Of a stretch of DNA of 64,000 nucleotides, positions 39,385 through 53,760 are shown in pieces. The stretch is from Octopus sinensis. Lineage: Eukaryota. The notes under the pieces are model-generated. The model was not told where the DNA came from and ran no database searches. It saw nothing but the letters and a program-made list of their open reading frames with translations. The DNA lies in NCBI RefSeq assembly GCF_006345805.1, contig NC_043004.1, positions 50,840,001-50,904,000 of the forward strand, given 5' to 3'. The first letter of the stretch is position 1. Each line of letters starts with the position of its first letter. The translations under genes were made by a program, and so were the position numbers.

Positions 39385-40497
39385 GCTTACTGATGTGAAC
39401 CGAAAGACCCCGAAACGTCCCAACAAGGCGGCAGTGGCTTAACATCGATCCAAAATGTTTTGAATGTCGCATCGTATCCGTTCGGCAACATCTTTTAACT
39501 ACCAAGTGTAGAAGTGCATCCCTTCACCAAATTTGCGTACATGAGGTTGATAACGTCTTAAGAATTGGAAGGCAACTCTTTGAACAACATTCTTTATCTG
39601 ATAACCTAGAATTCATGCCCAAAGAAATTTCACGACTCTGCCGCAATGTATCATCAGATGAAACGATGAGCGTATATGAGCAGAAGATTGCATGGATATG
39701 TTAGTAGAAAGCTCCGTAATGATAGTAACATCGATCATGAAAGCAGTTTATCATGGACCAGTAGCCGGATTACTACCAGACACTTTGAAGGCGTATATGT
39801 TTGCAATCCAAGAAAAGGAAATATCAACAAATACCTGATGCACAAAAGGGATAGAGATGCAGGAAAAGCCGTAAAATGTGTCAACCGGTGCAGACTTTGT
39901 GGAGTTCACACTGAAGATATCACCCTCATCATAAGCGGCTGTCCAAAAATGTCATCACGATATTATCTACCGATAAGACATGACGTTGTAGCTAGGACAC
40001 TCTATAATGAAATCTGTCGGAAGGATAATCCCGAGGACAAATAAATAAAAATCCACAATGGTAGAGACCATAGCCACTCATAATTAAAAGGAATATTGGT
40101 GGAATGTACTAATGAAGACCTCAATAAAATGTAAGCACAGCAGACCTAATATGATGATTTGGGGTAAGAGAAGATAAGCTGTGCACAGTTGTGGAAATTA
40201 GTTGTCCAGCAAATGTTAACATAAAGCTGAAGATCAGTGAAAAAGAGAACACCTATGCTGAACTATTGAGAAATCTGCAGTTACTCTATCCAGATTACAA
40301 GTTCAGGTCTATATCTGTAATTATAGGGGACCTGAGACATGTAACACACTGCCTAAATACCAGTCTTGAGAAATTAGGCTTCTCAAACTGTAAAAATCTG
40401 TAAAACTTTCCAGTTTATCATTTAAATATATATGAGCATGTTTAGATATACAACAATATGCATGAGAAGACATACATAAAACATAAATCTGCACATA
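39385..40497 (+). mobile_element. R4/Dong-like RLE LINE 3' part (thumb, CCHC, RLE, 3' UTR)
   Basis: CRLCGVHTEDITLIISGCPKMSSRYYLPIRHDVVARTLY; VEISCPANVNIKLKISEKENTY; 3' UTR ends in (CATA)n. Confidence 0.85.
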
Positions 40498-41176
40498 CAT
40501 ACATACATACATACATACATACCATTATTGTTTTTACGTTTTTGTATTCTTATTCGTGCTTTCCTTATTGTTTTCACGTATTTTTGTATTTTTATTCGTG
40601 TACATCGTCCGTTTTCCGTCCTTGTGTTGTATACGCTTGGCTTAGATTTCCCTTGGGGACTGCCCAGGTCGGAGCAATCTCAAGATTAATCAGCCGAAAT
40701 TGCGAAGATGATCCGGTTCTTGACTGATGACTGAGGGCTTCGAATGTCCCGTCCTGTGGTTCTTGTGTCGTCTTCTAGGTGTTTCACGTTCTTGTCCCAG
40801 TTTGTAAAAATTTTTTACTTTTTATATACATACATACATAGCCTGTTGTTGATGTTGAAATTCCAATGAAGGAGCCTTGGATCTAGGTTAGAAACTGATT
40901 CTTTCTCTATTGGCAAGAAATTATGCTCATTTCGAAATCTAGTCAACTGAAGAGTAATTCGAAACATGCTCTGTGATACTCATCAGTCGGCTTTAACGAT
41001 AGGATCCCATTCACACTTTCAATGTTTCAATTTTCTAAACATCCGTTTTTACTGTTTGCATTGGAGCTCTCTTCCCTATTTCTGATCAATTACATGTGCT
41101 TCCCACCGTTTGTGTGAATAATCTCAGTTAATCGAAGTTATCAATACAACAGACTCTACATACGCACTCGTGTGTG

Positions 41177-41210
<34 letters not shown>

Positions 41211-41244
41211 CGCGTACGTGCGTGCGTGCGCGTGTGTGTATGTG

Positions 41245-41275
<31 letters not shown>

Positions 41276-42112
41276 CCGCGTGTGTTCGTGTCTGTGAGTC
41301 TGTGTCAGTGTGTGTGTCTGTGTGTATCTGGTTTCGTGTGTCTGTGTGTGTTTGCGTGTCAGTTTCCATGTGTTTTCTCAGCGACACCGCTTTAAAAAAC
41401 CGGTGTACTGTGTTTACATCCCTTAAATTAGCGATGCGACAAGAATGACTTCAATAAACTATGAATCAAACCAAGCACCGGGATCGATATAATCGAGGCA
41501 GAGCTCTCCAATGCAAAGAGTGAAAGTGGATGAATATAAGCATAAATGCAGAGAAATGTATATTCGTATGTATGTATGTATGTATGTATGTATGTATGTA
41601 TGTATGTATGTATGTATGTATGTGTGTATGTATGCATGTATGTATGTATGTATGTATGAATGTATGTATGTATGTATGAATGTATGTAAGTATGTATGTA
41701 TGTATGTATCATGTATGTATGTATGTATGCATGCATGTATGTATGTATGTATGTATGTATGTATGTATGTATGTGTGTATGTATGTATGTATGTATGTGT
41801 GTATGTATGTATGTATTATGTGTGTATGTATGTATGTATGTATGTATGTGTGTATGTATGTATGTATGTGTGTATGTATGTATGCATGTATGTATGTATG
41901 TATGTATGTATGTATGTATGTATGTATGAATGTATGTATGTATGTATGTATATATGTATGTATGTGTGTATGTATGTATGTATGTATGTATGTATGTATG
42001 TATACATGCATGTATGTATATATGCATGCATGTATGCATGCATGCATGCATGTATGTATGTGTGAATGTATGTATGTATGTATGTATGTATATATGTATG
42101 TATGTATGTATG

Positions 42113-42178
<66 letters not shown>

Positions 42179-42243
42179 TGTATGTATGTATGTATGTATT
42201 ATGTATGTATGTATGTATGTATATATGTATGTATGTATGTATG

Positions 42244-42290
<47 letters not shown>

Positions 42291-42293
42291 GTA

Positions 42294-43097
42294 CGTGGTC
42301 TGATGAATAAGTATCCGGATTGTTGCTATTGTAACGAAGAGTGAAGCTGCTTCGCACAAAATGACCTTGCCCTCTGCTGCGCATGCGCAGTAAATTTTAA
42401 CGTTGTAGCTCATTTCCGCTTTTTATAGCAGTGCTTGAGAGGAAGGTGTGTAGCGTGACATCACCGCATTGACCATGACAGAGAAGGTTGAGCAGAGAAT
42501 CTGTACCAAAATTTGCCAACGCGAAGTTTTCAAAAAGTTTTCATCGTTCTCGACACAATCAAGAAGATCTTGTGCAACTGAAACCCGAGTGGTCAGCTGA
42601 AAGCAGTTTTGGCCGAAACTTGGCAGACATGCGTCTCATACTCAAATCTTCAGTGATAATAGACTGAACTGAACCGTAACTAATCTGCACATCCTCTAAT
42701 AACTCACGGATGGGGATTCGACGATTTCCCCTCGCAGCTGCACGCACATCTGTGATGTTTTTCACAGTTCTACTGGTTGTCAGTCATCCAGAACGTTCGT
42801 CAATATCGATATTTTTCGGCCATCTTGGAAGCGTCTGAACCACCCGTACACTTGTGTGCGGCTCATACACTCTTCTCCATACACTTTCTGTAACTTTGCG
42901 CAGGCCTCTGAGCAGGTATCGCCATGACAACTTTCTCTGTCATGGTCAATGCCACGATCACACGCTACACATCTTCACTCCAAGCACTGCTGTAAACAGA
43001 GCAGAGTTCAAGGACCGTCTTCACCAATCGTCTTCACTCTGCATGTTTTAGCTTCGTTACTATGGCAACTGTTCGGATACGTATTGATCAAACCTCG
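42294..43097. mobile_element. Mariner derivative built from two inverted 5' ends, TA-flanked
   Basis: TIR-like CGTGGTCTGATGAATAAGTATCCG / CGAGGTTTGATCAATACGTATCCG with TA outside both. Plus arm encodes MTEKVEQRICTK; minus arm encodes NRRIPIRELLEDVQISYGSVQSIITEDLSMRRMSAKF (mariner HTH region). Confidence 0.8.
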
Positions 43098-43099
43098 TA

Positions 43100-43446
43100 T
43101 GTATGTATATGTGCAAATTTGTATGAATTGTTTTATATATGTATCCTCATACATATAGTTGCATATTTAGTCATGCTCATATATACAAAAATAATAAACT
43201 TCTGGAAAGTTTTACAGATTTATACAGTTCCATTGATGACTTCGATCTGTAGTCTTCGAATTAGCTTTCTTTTATCTGGTTTTGAGAAGTCTAATTTCTC
43301 AAGACTGGTATTTAAGCAATATGTTACATATTCCAGTGCCCAATTTATTACAGGTATAAGCCTGAACTTGTAATCTGGATAGAGTAGGTGTAGATTCCTC
43401 AATAGTTAAGTATAAATATTTTCTTTTTCGCTGATCTTTTGCTTTG
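43100..43446 (-). mobile_element. R4/Dong-like LINE short 3' fragment embedded in (CATA)n
   Basis: LLYPDYKFRLIPVINWALEYV plus a 3' UTR matching 40400-40497; (CATA)n on both sides on the element strand. Confidence 0.8.
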
Positions 43447-43812
43447 TGTATGTATGTATGTATGTATGTATGTATGTATGTATCAGAGTGTAACTGCGTG
43501 TATACTTGTATATATATATACGGAGTATGGAATGGAGTATGGAAAATCCGGGCTATATCTTTCATAGCGAGCGGAACCTCAGAGGTGGTAAAATCCAAGT
43601 GAGGTGTATACCGCCGCCTACTCTTCAGGTCTACCGTGGAATGCAAAAAGAACTTTTTTTCAGTTCATAGTTCTTCGATAAAGAAAACAAGTCCGCAACC
43701 TTACATCTCAATAAACCACTATTGTACCTGAAACTTGTTTTTTATATTCACCACAGAATGCTCGAAGTTAGCTTTCTTCCGGCACCTCGATCCTTGTATC
43801 TTACATGTGTGT

Positions 43813-43851
<39 letters not shown>

Positions 43852-46505
43852 CTACACACACACAAACATACGTTTATGTGCGTCTACACACACACACATA
43901 CGCACAAATATATATGTAGGTATATATATATGTGTGTGCGTGAGTGTATGCCTACACACACAGACACACATACACATATATATGCCTACGTATATATTTG
44001 TGCGTATGTGTGTGTAGACGCACATAAACGTGTGTGTGTGTGTAGGCTTACACACACACATATATATGCATACATATATATTTGTGTATCTGTGTGTGTG
44101 TGTGTGTGTGTGTGTAGACGCACATAAACGTACGTACACACATAAAATGCACAAAAACACGCGCACGCAAAAACATACACTCGTTCGCGCACAAACGCAC
44201 ACATATACACGTGCACGCGCGTACGAACATCCATATTAAGTAGTACAATGAAGGTTTCTCGAAATAGTTGCTTTGACTAATGCATCACCACCATCAGCAC
44301 CACCATCACTGCCAACAACAATAAACAGTAACAAAGCCAAAATATCTGCTATGGAACGACACCACCTACACTTCCACCCTAAAGAGAAAACTAAAAAGAT
44401 ATTTAAAAGAAAAACAAGCAATAAAACACAGCAGGCAGACGTAAAAAGGATTAATGGCGGAACGACAACGGCATCTGTAACATTAACATCAACAACGACA
44501 ACGACATCTATGATAATAGTAATTAAAGCAATAAAAGAATCTTTGAATGTCAGAGTTCTGTAGTTCGTTCTTGGAGTTCGACGGATCGAATTGATAGTTG
44601 GGTAGATCTTTGCTATGTGTTTGATGAGAGATGAATCTGTCTGAAGCATTATTGAAATTACTATGTCGTCTGCTATTGATTCAGTAAGTTTTTAGCTATG
44701 TCGGCTGGTCTATGGCCGGTTTAAAGAGCATTGTTTGACACTGAGTAAATAAGTTCACTGAAATAGAATGAGTTGAAGTGCCATGCGGGAGAAGGAGATG
44801 GGTGGAGAAGAACGGAAGGAAATGAGAACTAACGAGACATCATCTATGTGATCGATCGATAGATTGATTAATGGATGGATCAGCGAGAAATGGCAGTCAA
44901 AGCGCCCACACAATATATTGCAAAAGACGGACATATTGGATAATCTAATCCTAGACATGCTTGATACACCATGTGTGAATGAAAGATGGGATGTTGAATT
45001 AACAACACTACACTAATAAGGCTACCACCACCGCCAACAATACTAAGAGGACTACACCACCAACACTGCATCAACAACACCTCCACAAGTACTTATAGCA
45101 CAACAGCACCACCACCACCACCAACGGCAGCATTATCACAACACGACTCAAACACCACCAACGATAACAACACGAAATCAATAATACTACGATAACAACA
45201 GTGCCACGCCACCACCGCCGCCGCCGCCGCTAACAACTACAACAACACTAAACCAACAAACTCTGAAGCAACAGTTCTACTAACAACATCAACAACAACA
45301 ACAACAGTTCCACCACATTCAAAACCATTAACAACAGCAATACTACCTCCACCAACAATACCACCACCACTACCACCGCCACTAACAACAACGTGATACT
45401 ATAAATAATGAATCGAGGACAGAATCACTACCAAATCGCTCGATCTGCTAGAAACATCAGCGAAATTCTCCCCAAATCCCAGCTTCCCTTAAAAAAATGG
45501 AAAAGACATTGGATAATGTAATTAGTTATAGACGTTATCTGCTAGAAATTTTAGTGATGGTCATGGCTAGAATACTTTTTATAAAGGTTGTGCTGGGTTT
45601 ATGCAATATGAGTAGATACAGCTATGGTGTGTATTATATTACCCCCACCCCGCCACCGCTTGACGACCAAAATTGGTGTATTTGTGTCCCCGTAACATAA
45701 CGGTTCGGCAAAATGAACGATAAAATAAGTACCAGGCTTGAAAAAAAAAGTACTGGGGTCGATTCATTCGACGAAAAATTCAAGGTGGTATCCCATCATG
45801 GCCGCAGTTTAATGAATGAAACCAGAACAAGATTAAAGACAGATAAATTGATAGACACATTGCGTTTCGTTTTTCATGTCGATGTTTTTGTAAGCTTTTT
45901 TGTTTTCCTTAACGTGGCATTTTACTTCTATGAAAAGGAAAAAAAAAAACCCCAAAAAACTATCTTCCCATTTTAATGGTTTGCAAATAATCAAATAAAA
46001 AATACGGAATATATATATTTGTCCATTTTACTAAACAGTGATTCATTTAAAATAAATTAATTACCCACGTGTTTTCCCCTGTAACGGTCTCAGCTATTAC
46101 AAAGGGGATCACCGTTTTTTATACAATACGATGCAGAATTAGAAATTTGAAATAAAATTTTTAAAATACGAGAAAAAAATGCATCGAATTTACATATTTC
46201 ATTTGTTTTTATTTAATACGAAGTTCTTTAAAAAGTTTTAAACTTTGGCAATTATTAATTACTTTAATCCGGAGAAAAGAATGAAAGTTTTTTTAATCCG
46301 ATTAAAATAATTATTTCTTAAATTGACAGTAGGAGAAATTCTCAAATCAAACAGTTAATGGCCCGGGGGTTTAAAGAATCGTGTAACAAGTTACAAATTG
46401 GATCTCACAAAGGGCTTCACTTTGCGGCAGTATCTCTATTTGATAATAGCCGATGTAAAAGTTGGTTGGTTACTTGCTTGCTTGATTTCTCCAGTCACAG
46501 TTTAT

Positions 46506-46539
<34 letters not shown>

Positions 46540-46716
46540 ATATATGATATATATATATATATATATAAAGAGAGAGAGAGAGAGAGATGGGAAGTGTAAA
46601 ATAGAGATACACACTTGTAATGATAATTAGCACTCGAAACCGCGTCAGTCTTGTAAAGGACGTTGTAATGGCCACGACATATCAGGTAATCTTAGCTTAC
46701 ATTTCAGCCAACTGTA

Positions 46717-47226
46717 TTTCAGGTGCGTTCGTACGATCGCAGGATTCGAATGGATATTTCCACGCAGTTTCACGCCAAAACATGATCATAAATGGGGCAC
46801 GCAGTGAGAATTAACGTTGGATTAAAGAGAATCACCCCCCCCCCCCACCATAAACACAGGACATTCTCATCTCTCTCCTCTCACCAGTACGAACATATAA
46901 CAATTTCAGCTCTTGCCAAACGCACCTAAACACACTTTTGATATTCCACAATGCATCCTTCGGCAAGTAACCTTTGTAACGTCATTATGAAAGTAAATGT
47001 GATTCACTAAGACTGAATGTTGTAGTTGATTTTATATGGGAAACGACAGGCAGCCGGAAGAAATATTCAATTCCCAGATAATCAAGATACCAATATTGTT
47101 ATCGGCATTTCATATTACTATATAGCATGAGTCGACCCATGCTATATACTAATATGATCATGTTTTGGCGTGAAACTGCGTGGAAATTTCCATTCGAATC
47201 CTGCGATCGTACGAATGCACCTGAAA
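46717..47226. mobile_element. MITE with ~75-bp TIRs
   Basis: 46716-46790 vs 47153-47227 inverted, two mismatches; TGTA lies outside both ends (candidate 4-bp TSD). Confidence 0.75.
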
Positions 47227-48885
47227 TGTATACATATACACACACACGCATATATATATACTGGTAAAGTTACTCAGGTGCGCATGTGTGTTTGAAAGTG
47301 TGTTTATGTGAGTGTGCTTAATGAATGTATGAATGTATGAGTGTATGTGGTTTTGAATGTGTATTTGTGTGACTACATGTGAAACAGTTAGTTCCTGGAA
47401 TCTCATCCAGGAATTGAAACCGCATCCTGAATGTTTCTGCAGGCTTCTTTCGTTTGTTCTTCGGATTTGCACTCGAATTTTACGAGTCATTTAGTAATGT
47501 CTTAAACCCTCTTGGATCAAGATAAGTTCAGCCTAGATAACCTATGAAATATCCTTTATTTGCTGTGACCTAGTTAGCTGATGAATTGTTATAAATACGG
47601 AGCGCTTACAGAATTCATCATTTCTTACTCATTCTCTGTTTGACGCAGAGATAACTTGCTTGTGCTTCTTTCACCAGCGTTGTCAAAAAGTTTAGATGGT
47701 GTCTCCCCTCTTAGTGTTTGTCACAAAATCAGCATTTTCCTTTTACCCTTCACAACTTTCAGAGAAGCAGAATCTCTTACTTTCTGTCTTTCATTTTCCT
47801 TCGGCCTTGTACTAGCAGACGACAAATACCACAGATACCAATACGATGGCCAACAGAACCAATCTTTATATATTTCTTTCTACTATAGGCACAAAAGGGA
47901 CTCGTCGGTTACATTGAGCCAAGTGAGCAACTGGTACTTATTTCATCGACCCTGAAAGGATGAAAGTTAAAGTCGACCTTGACGGAATTTCAGTTCAAAA
48001 CACTAAGACGAACGAAATGCCGCTAAGCATATCGTCCGTTTTTACGTTTCTGCTCGCTCGCCACCTTCAAGTTTTCATAGATTCTTTCTAAAACAGGCAC
48101 AAGTCCTGGAATCTGGAGAAGGAGGCTAGTCGATTACAATTTGGGGGAGGAGGCTAGTCGATTGGTTTCAAATTTTGGCACAAGGCCTGCAAGTTCGAGG
48201 AAGGGGGCAAGTCGATTACATCAACCCCAGCGCTAAATTGGTACTTAGTTTATCAACCCCTTCAGGATGAAAAGCAGAGGCGGCCTTGGCGGAACTTGAA
48301 CTCAGAACGTAAAGACGGACGAAATGCCGCCAAGCATTCTGCTCGGCATGCAAACGATACAGCCAGCTCACTGTCTTCAGCCTTTAGACATCAACGACTC
48401 GAAGTAGTTTTGTATCTTATAACGGTAAACAAAGGCCAGTTTAACAGTTATCTTATTATTCTGTCTCTTATTTCATGGACACTGAAATAGCCAAATGTAT
48501 CCGCTACATATGTAAGAAAGTGAGCGAACGTTCGTGTACGTATGTGTGTGTGTGTTTCTTTTATTCCTTTACTTGTTTCAATCATTTGACTCCGGCCATG
48601 CTGGAGTACTGCCTTTAGTCGAACAAATCGACCCCAGGACTTATTCTTTGGAAGCCCAGTATTTATTTTATCGGCCTCTTATGGGGACGTAAACACACCA
48701 ACATCGGATGTCAAGCGACGGTGGGGGGAGAAACACAGATTGACCGGTAACTCCACAAGTTTTCTTATTCTCACTCTGTTTATTTCCTCGTGTTCCTTTC
48801 TGTGGAAGAGTGTAGGCTCGAAACGGTGTCAAGAGATGGTGGGGGACAAACACAGACACACAAATACGCACACACACATATATAT

Positions 48886-48942
<57 letters not shown>

Positions 48943-49014
48943 ATACGACGGTCTTCTTTCAATTACTGCCTACCAAATCCACTTACAAGGCTTTTGTCAG
49001 ACCGTGGCTATAGT

Positions 49015-49397
49015 GGGAGCACTCCGTCGGTTACGACGATGAGGGTTCCGGTTGATCCGAATCAACGGAACAGCCTGCTCGTGAAATTAACGTGTAAGTG
49101 GCTGAGCACTCCACAGACACGTGTACCCTTAACGTAGTTCTCGAGGATATTCAGCGTGACACAGAGAGTGACAAGGCCGGCCCTTTGAAATACAGGTACA
49201 ACAGAACCAGGAAGTAAGAGTGAGAGAAAGTTGTGGTGAAAGAGTACAGCAGGGATCACCACCATCCCTGCCGGAGCCTCGTGGAGCTTTAGGTGTTTTC
49301 GCTCAATAAACACTCACAACGCCCGGTCTGGGAATCGAAACCGCGATCCTACGACCGCGAGTCCGCTGCCCTAACCACTGGGCCATTGCGCCTCCAC
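49015..49397 (-). mobile_element. tRNA-derived SINE family C, inserted into a family A SINE, 9-bp TSD GGCTATAGT
   Basis: TSD at 49006-49014 and 49398-49406; near-identical copies at 53363-53760 (+) and 56108-56498 (-). Confidence 0.9.
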
Positions 49398-50439
49398 GGC
49401 TATAGTAGAAGACACTTGCCCAAGGTGCCACACAGTGGAACTGAAACCGGAACCATGTGGTTGGGAAGCAAGCTTCTTACCACGCAGCCACTCCTGAGCC
49501 TATGGAGTGTTTGTATTTTTAATTTTTGGGGGAGGGGGGAATGTTTTCTTGTTTTGGGGAGGGGTAATGTGTTTGTATTTTGTTGTTCTTTTTGTACATT
49601 AACCAGAAGAGAATGGTTAGTAGGGTTCATAACCTTTGAAAAAAGGATCCCAAGCATGTAGCATTAACGAGAGTCATGTTTAGTTTCAACATCATTAAAT
49701 CGATGTCTGTCGGAATGAAATGCGATCAGGAAGAAAATTCCAGAATGAGTATGCGGGTGTGTATGTGCGCATACGTGCATGTGTCTGTGTGCACATGCGT
49801 GTGCGTGTATTATAACCTGCTTTGAACTCATGTGTATTTTCATTCATTGTTCGAAGTCCCAATTGTAGCTAACTAAATGAATTATGAAACTTTATAGCCC
49901 GGCATGAATCAAAAGCACATCCTAAATTCAGTCTTCGCGCGCACGCACACACACACACACACTCACACACACATACACACACACACTGTTTTTGTTATGG
50001 TGAGACAAGAATAGAAATAGTATTGGTCAATAAGTGACTTGACATGTGATGTATGACGTCAGTCGGATATGGCCGACATCTGCTGCAACTGTCAGATTTT
50101 ACTTTTACATCTCTTACGAAGCGCAGCAAGCAACATAATCAACGACTCGCCCAAGAAACCTCTATGTGCTCACTCTACATGCTAGAAACAGCAACCAAAT
50201 TTCTCTCAATTATGTCTACTGTTATTTTTGTTTAGGAAACGTTGGATAATGCAGTCTTAGGTATGCTGTTTTACCGTTTTACTTGTTTCAGTCGTTTGAC
50301 TGCGGCCGTGCTGGAGAATCGCCTTTAGTCGAGCAAATCGACCCCAGGACTTACTCTCAGGATCCAGTCTGATTCAGAAGATCTACGACCATGTATGCTC
50401 CAATAGTTACCATCTTGTTTTATATTCAAAAATAGTTAC

Positions 50440-50735
50440 GATGACGAGTGTTCCAGTTGATCCGATCAACAGAACAGCCTGCTCGTGAAATTAACGTGCA
50501 AGTGGCTGAGCACTCCACAGACACCTGTACTCTTAAAGTAGTTCTCAGGGCGATTCAATGTCACAGAGAGTGTGACAAGGCTAGCCCATGAAATACAGGT
50601 ACTACTCATTTTTGCCAGCTGAGTGGACTGGAGCAACATGAAATAAAATGTCTTGCTCAAGGACACAACGCATCGCCGGGAATTGAACTCGCGACTTTCC
50701 GATCGTGAGCTGAATACTCTAGCCACTAAGCCACG
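50440..50735 (-). mobile_element. tRNA-derived SINE (family D) sharing its 3' tail with family C
   Basis: Core GTGTCCTTGAGCAAGACATTTTATTTCATGTTGCTCCAGTCCACTCAGCTGG; tail CACGTTAATTTCACGAGCAGGCTGTTC..GTTGATCGGATCAAC as in family C. Confidence 0.75.
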
Positions 50736-50926
50736 AGCCTTCACATTCAAACATAGTATACCCGGGACAACAATAATCGAGGCTCCTTTACTTAAAGAGG
50801 CAATCTTTAGAAGAAAGTATACGAGAGATGAAACTATTTATTCAACAATTTCCGTGAAAATATTTTATTTCTTAAATTTTTTCAAGCTGAATCGCTTATG
50901 TTTATGCATTTTCTTTGTGTGTGTAT

Positions 50927-51005
<79 letters not shown>

Positions 51006-51034
51006 TATGTATATATATATATATATGTATAATA

Positions 51035-51097
<63 letters not shown>

Positions 51098-51346
51098 CTA
51101 TATATATATATATATATATATATAATACTATTTATTTAAAGAGCACAATACATGTCTGTAAGTGCTACTAATAATTTCATATGTTGAGAAGTATCTTAAA
51201 CATATTCACCAGGCACAAATCACATATAACGAACTATTAGTATCACTTAAAGATATGTATTGTGTCCTTTAAATAATTAATATTTATGTCTCACCAGATG
51301 GAGTAGTTTTTTTTGTTGAATTTTCTATCACGAAACAGTACATTAT

Positions 51347-51415
<69 letters not shown>

Positions 51416-52473
51416 ATAAAGAAAGACCTCGTACCCGCAAAAGTAAACAAGAGAGACAGAGACACGCAGAAACAAGGAAAATGCCCCTTGTATTTGAATA
51501 CTATACTCTTTACTCTTTTACTTGTTTCAGTCATTTGACTGCGGCCATGCTGGAGCACCGCCTTTAATCGAGCAAATCGACCCCGGGACTTATTCTTTTG
51601 TAAGCCCAGTACTTATTCTATCGGTGTCTTTTGCCGAACCGCTAAGTAACGGGGACGTAAACACACCAGCATCGGTTGTCAAGCAATGCTAGGGGAACAA
51701 ACACAGACACACAAACATACACGAACACACACATATCTATATACATATATACGACGGGCTTCTTTCAGTTTCCGTCTACCAAATCCACTCACAAGGCTTT
51801 GGTCGGCCCGGGGCTATAGCAGAAGACGCTTGCCCAAGGTGCCACGCAGTGGGACTGAACCCGGAACCATGTGGTTGGTTAGCAAGCTACTTACCACACA
51901 GCCACTCCTGCGCCTATGCAAATATTCTTTAAAAAAACTTTCTTTTAATTTTTCCAAAATTTAATTGTTTTCCATACTTACAGTTGAAAAAGTATCAATG
52001 ACTGAAACCGGTCCTGAAATGTTTTTTATAAAATAATTTGAGCATTTTCTACCTTGACTTTTTTTCAATGTATATATATATATGTGAGTGTGTGTGTGTT
52101 ATCTATTTATCCATTATAGAATAAAAGGATAAAATCACGTTAATGATTTTTATCAGGTAGTCAGCATGAAATAAAAATTTATCGGTAATTTATATATCAA
52201 ATTAATAATTATAATATACCACGACGCTTGAACCTTTTTGAAATGTTTGAACTTTCTGTTTTTTCTCATTGTTTTCTTTTAATCTGTATTTTATTACTTT
52301 GCCCGTCTCTCTCCTTTTCTTTTCCTTTTTGTCTTCTCTTCTTCTCTCCTTTTCTTTCCGTTTCTTCTTTTTTCTTCTTTCTCTTTTTTTCCTTTTTCTT
52401 CTCCTGCCTTTTGGATTTTCTTCTCACGCCTCTTGAAATTTTAAAAGTTTTATACTCCGTACGTCATTACTTT

Positions 52474-52519
<46 letters not shown>

Positions 52520-52589
52520 TCTCTCTATCTCTCTTTCTCTCTCTCTCTCTTCTCTCTCTCTCTCTTTCTCTCTCTCTCTTTCTCCTTTT

Positions 52590-52825
52590 GCAAGCATGCC
52601 CGATTATAGTTTTGTGTTATCAAGGTTCTTGTCTACCTGCGATAGCTTTGTATCGTCAGCACGGCTGGTGAGAATGGTTGACTGTATAACCGAAGGCTTA
52701 TCTGAGAGAGCTGTCACAAACAGCAGCGGTACCAGAGTTCCATAAGAGACTCCGCTACGAATAAATGTCTCCTAGGGGTATGTGTGTGTGTGTGAGAGAG
52801 AGAGAGAGACAGACAGACAGAGAGG

Positions 52826-52899
<74 letters not shown>

Positions 52900-53260
52900 T
52901 GTTAGTTGCAACTGCTTAACTCCTGCTTTTTTAAAAGTCCATGTAGCCACTCCCCGAAATCTCCAACTCTATTGGATCGCGCAGTTTGTGACTTATCATT
53001 TCGTGATCAACTTTTTCTCAAAGCCTCCGTAAAGTCCACACGATTCCCATCCGCACGTGAATGATTGAGCTGTTGTTTCAGTACTCAGTCGTTTAATAAC
53101 TGTTGTAGCTGTGAGCGAAGACAGTTCCTTCCTGTACGGAAGCCCTGTTACATGACAGGGAACAAGAACAGGAACAGCTTCCGCCTTCTGAGAATGCATT
53201 GATGAGTTCCATTACTTTGCAGATGTGCGAGGTTAGAGAGAAACACCAGCAATAAATACA
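52590..53260 (-). mobile_element. Decayed CR1-clade RT fragment split by a (GA)n array
   Basis: SLTSHICKVME, VDFTEA..KVDHEMISHKLRD..GEWLHG, SGVSYGTLVPLLF, ADDTKLSQ, read across frameshifts. Confidence 0.7.
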
Positions 53261-53362
53261 TACACATACACGCACACGCGCGCAAACACACACAGACATA
53301 CACACACACACACACTCACACGTTTATGTATTTGCTTTGCAAAATTCCTGATGTGAAATCGT

Positions 53363-53760
53363 GTGGAGGCGCAATGGCCCAGTGGTTAGGGCAGCGGACT
53401 CGCGGTCGTAGGATCGCGGTCGTAGGATCGCGGTTTCGATTCCCAGACCGGGCGTTGTGAGTGTTTATTGAGCGAAAACACCTAAAGCTCCACGAGGCTC
53501 CGGCAGGGATGGTGGTGATCCCTGCTGTACTCTTTCACCACAACTTTCTCTCACTCTTACTTCCTGTTTCTGTTGTACCTGTATTTCAAAGGGCCGGCCT
53601 TGTCACTCTCTGTGTCACGCTGAATATCCCCGAGAACTACGTTAAGGGTACACGTGTCTGTGGAGTACTCAGCCACTTACACGTTAATTTTACGAACAGG
53701 CTGTTCCGTTGATCGGATCAACCGGAACCCTCGTCGTCGTAACCGACGGAGTGCTTCCAT
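53363..53760 (+). mobile_element. SINE family C copy with an internal 14-bp tandem duplication
   Basis: CGCGGTCGTAGGAT duplicated in the tRNA-like head. Confidence 0.9.

Noticed and set aside
40725-40760. CTGATGA/CTGAAGA followed by GGCTTCGAA in the 36.6/40.6-kb repeat family
   Set aside because: No separate GAAA box or stems I/III, so not called a hammerhead.
44236-44649. Hydrophobic 137-aa minus-strand ORF resembling a membrane protein
   Set aside because: Val/Leu richness follows from reverse-complementing a CAA/ACA-rich tract; no family motif recognised.
53363-53445. tRNA-like heads of SINE families A-D
   Set aside because: No complete acceptor stem or valid anticodon arm; each continues into a SINE body.
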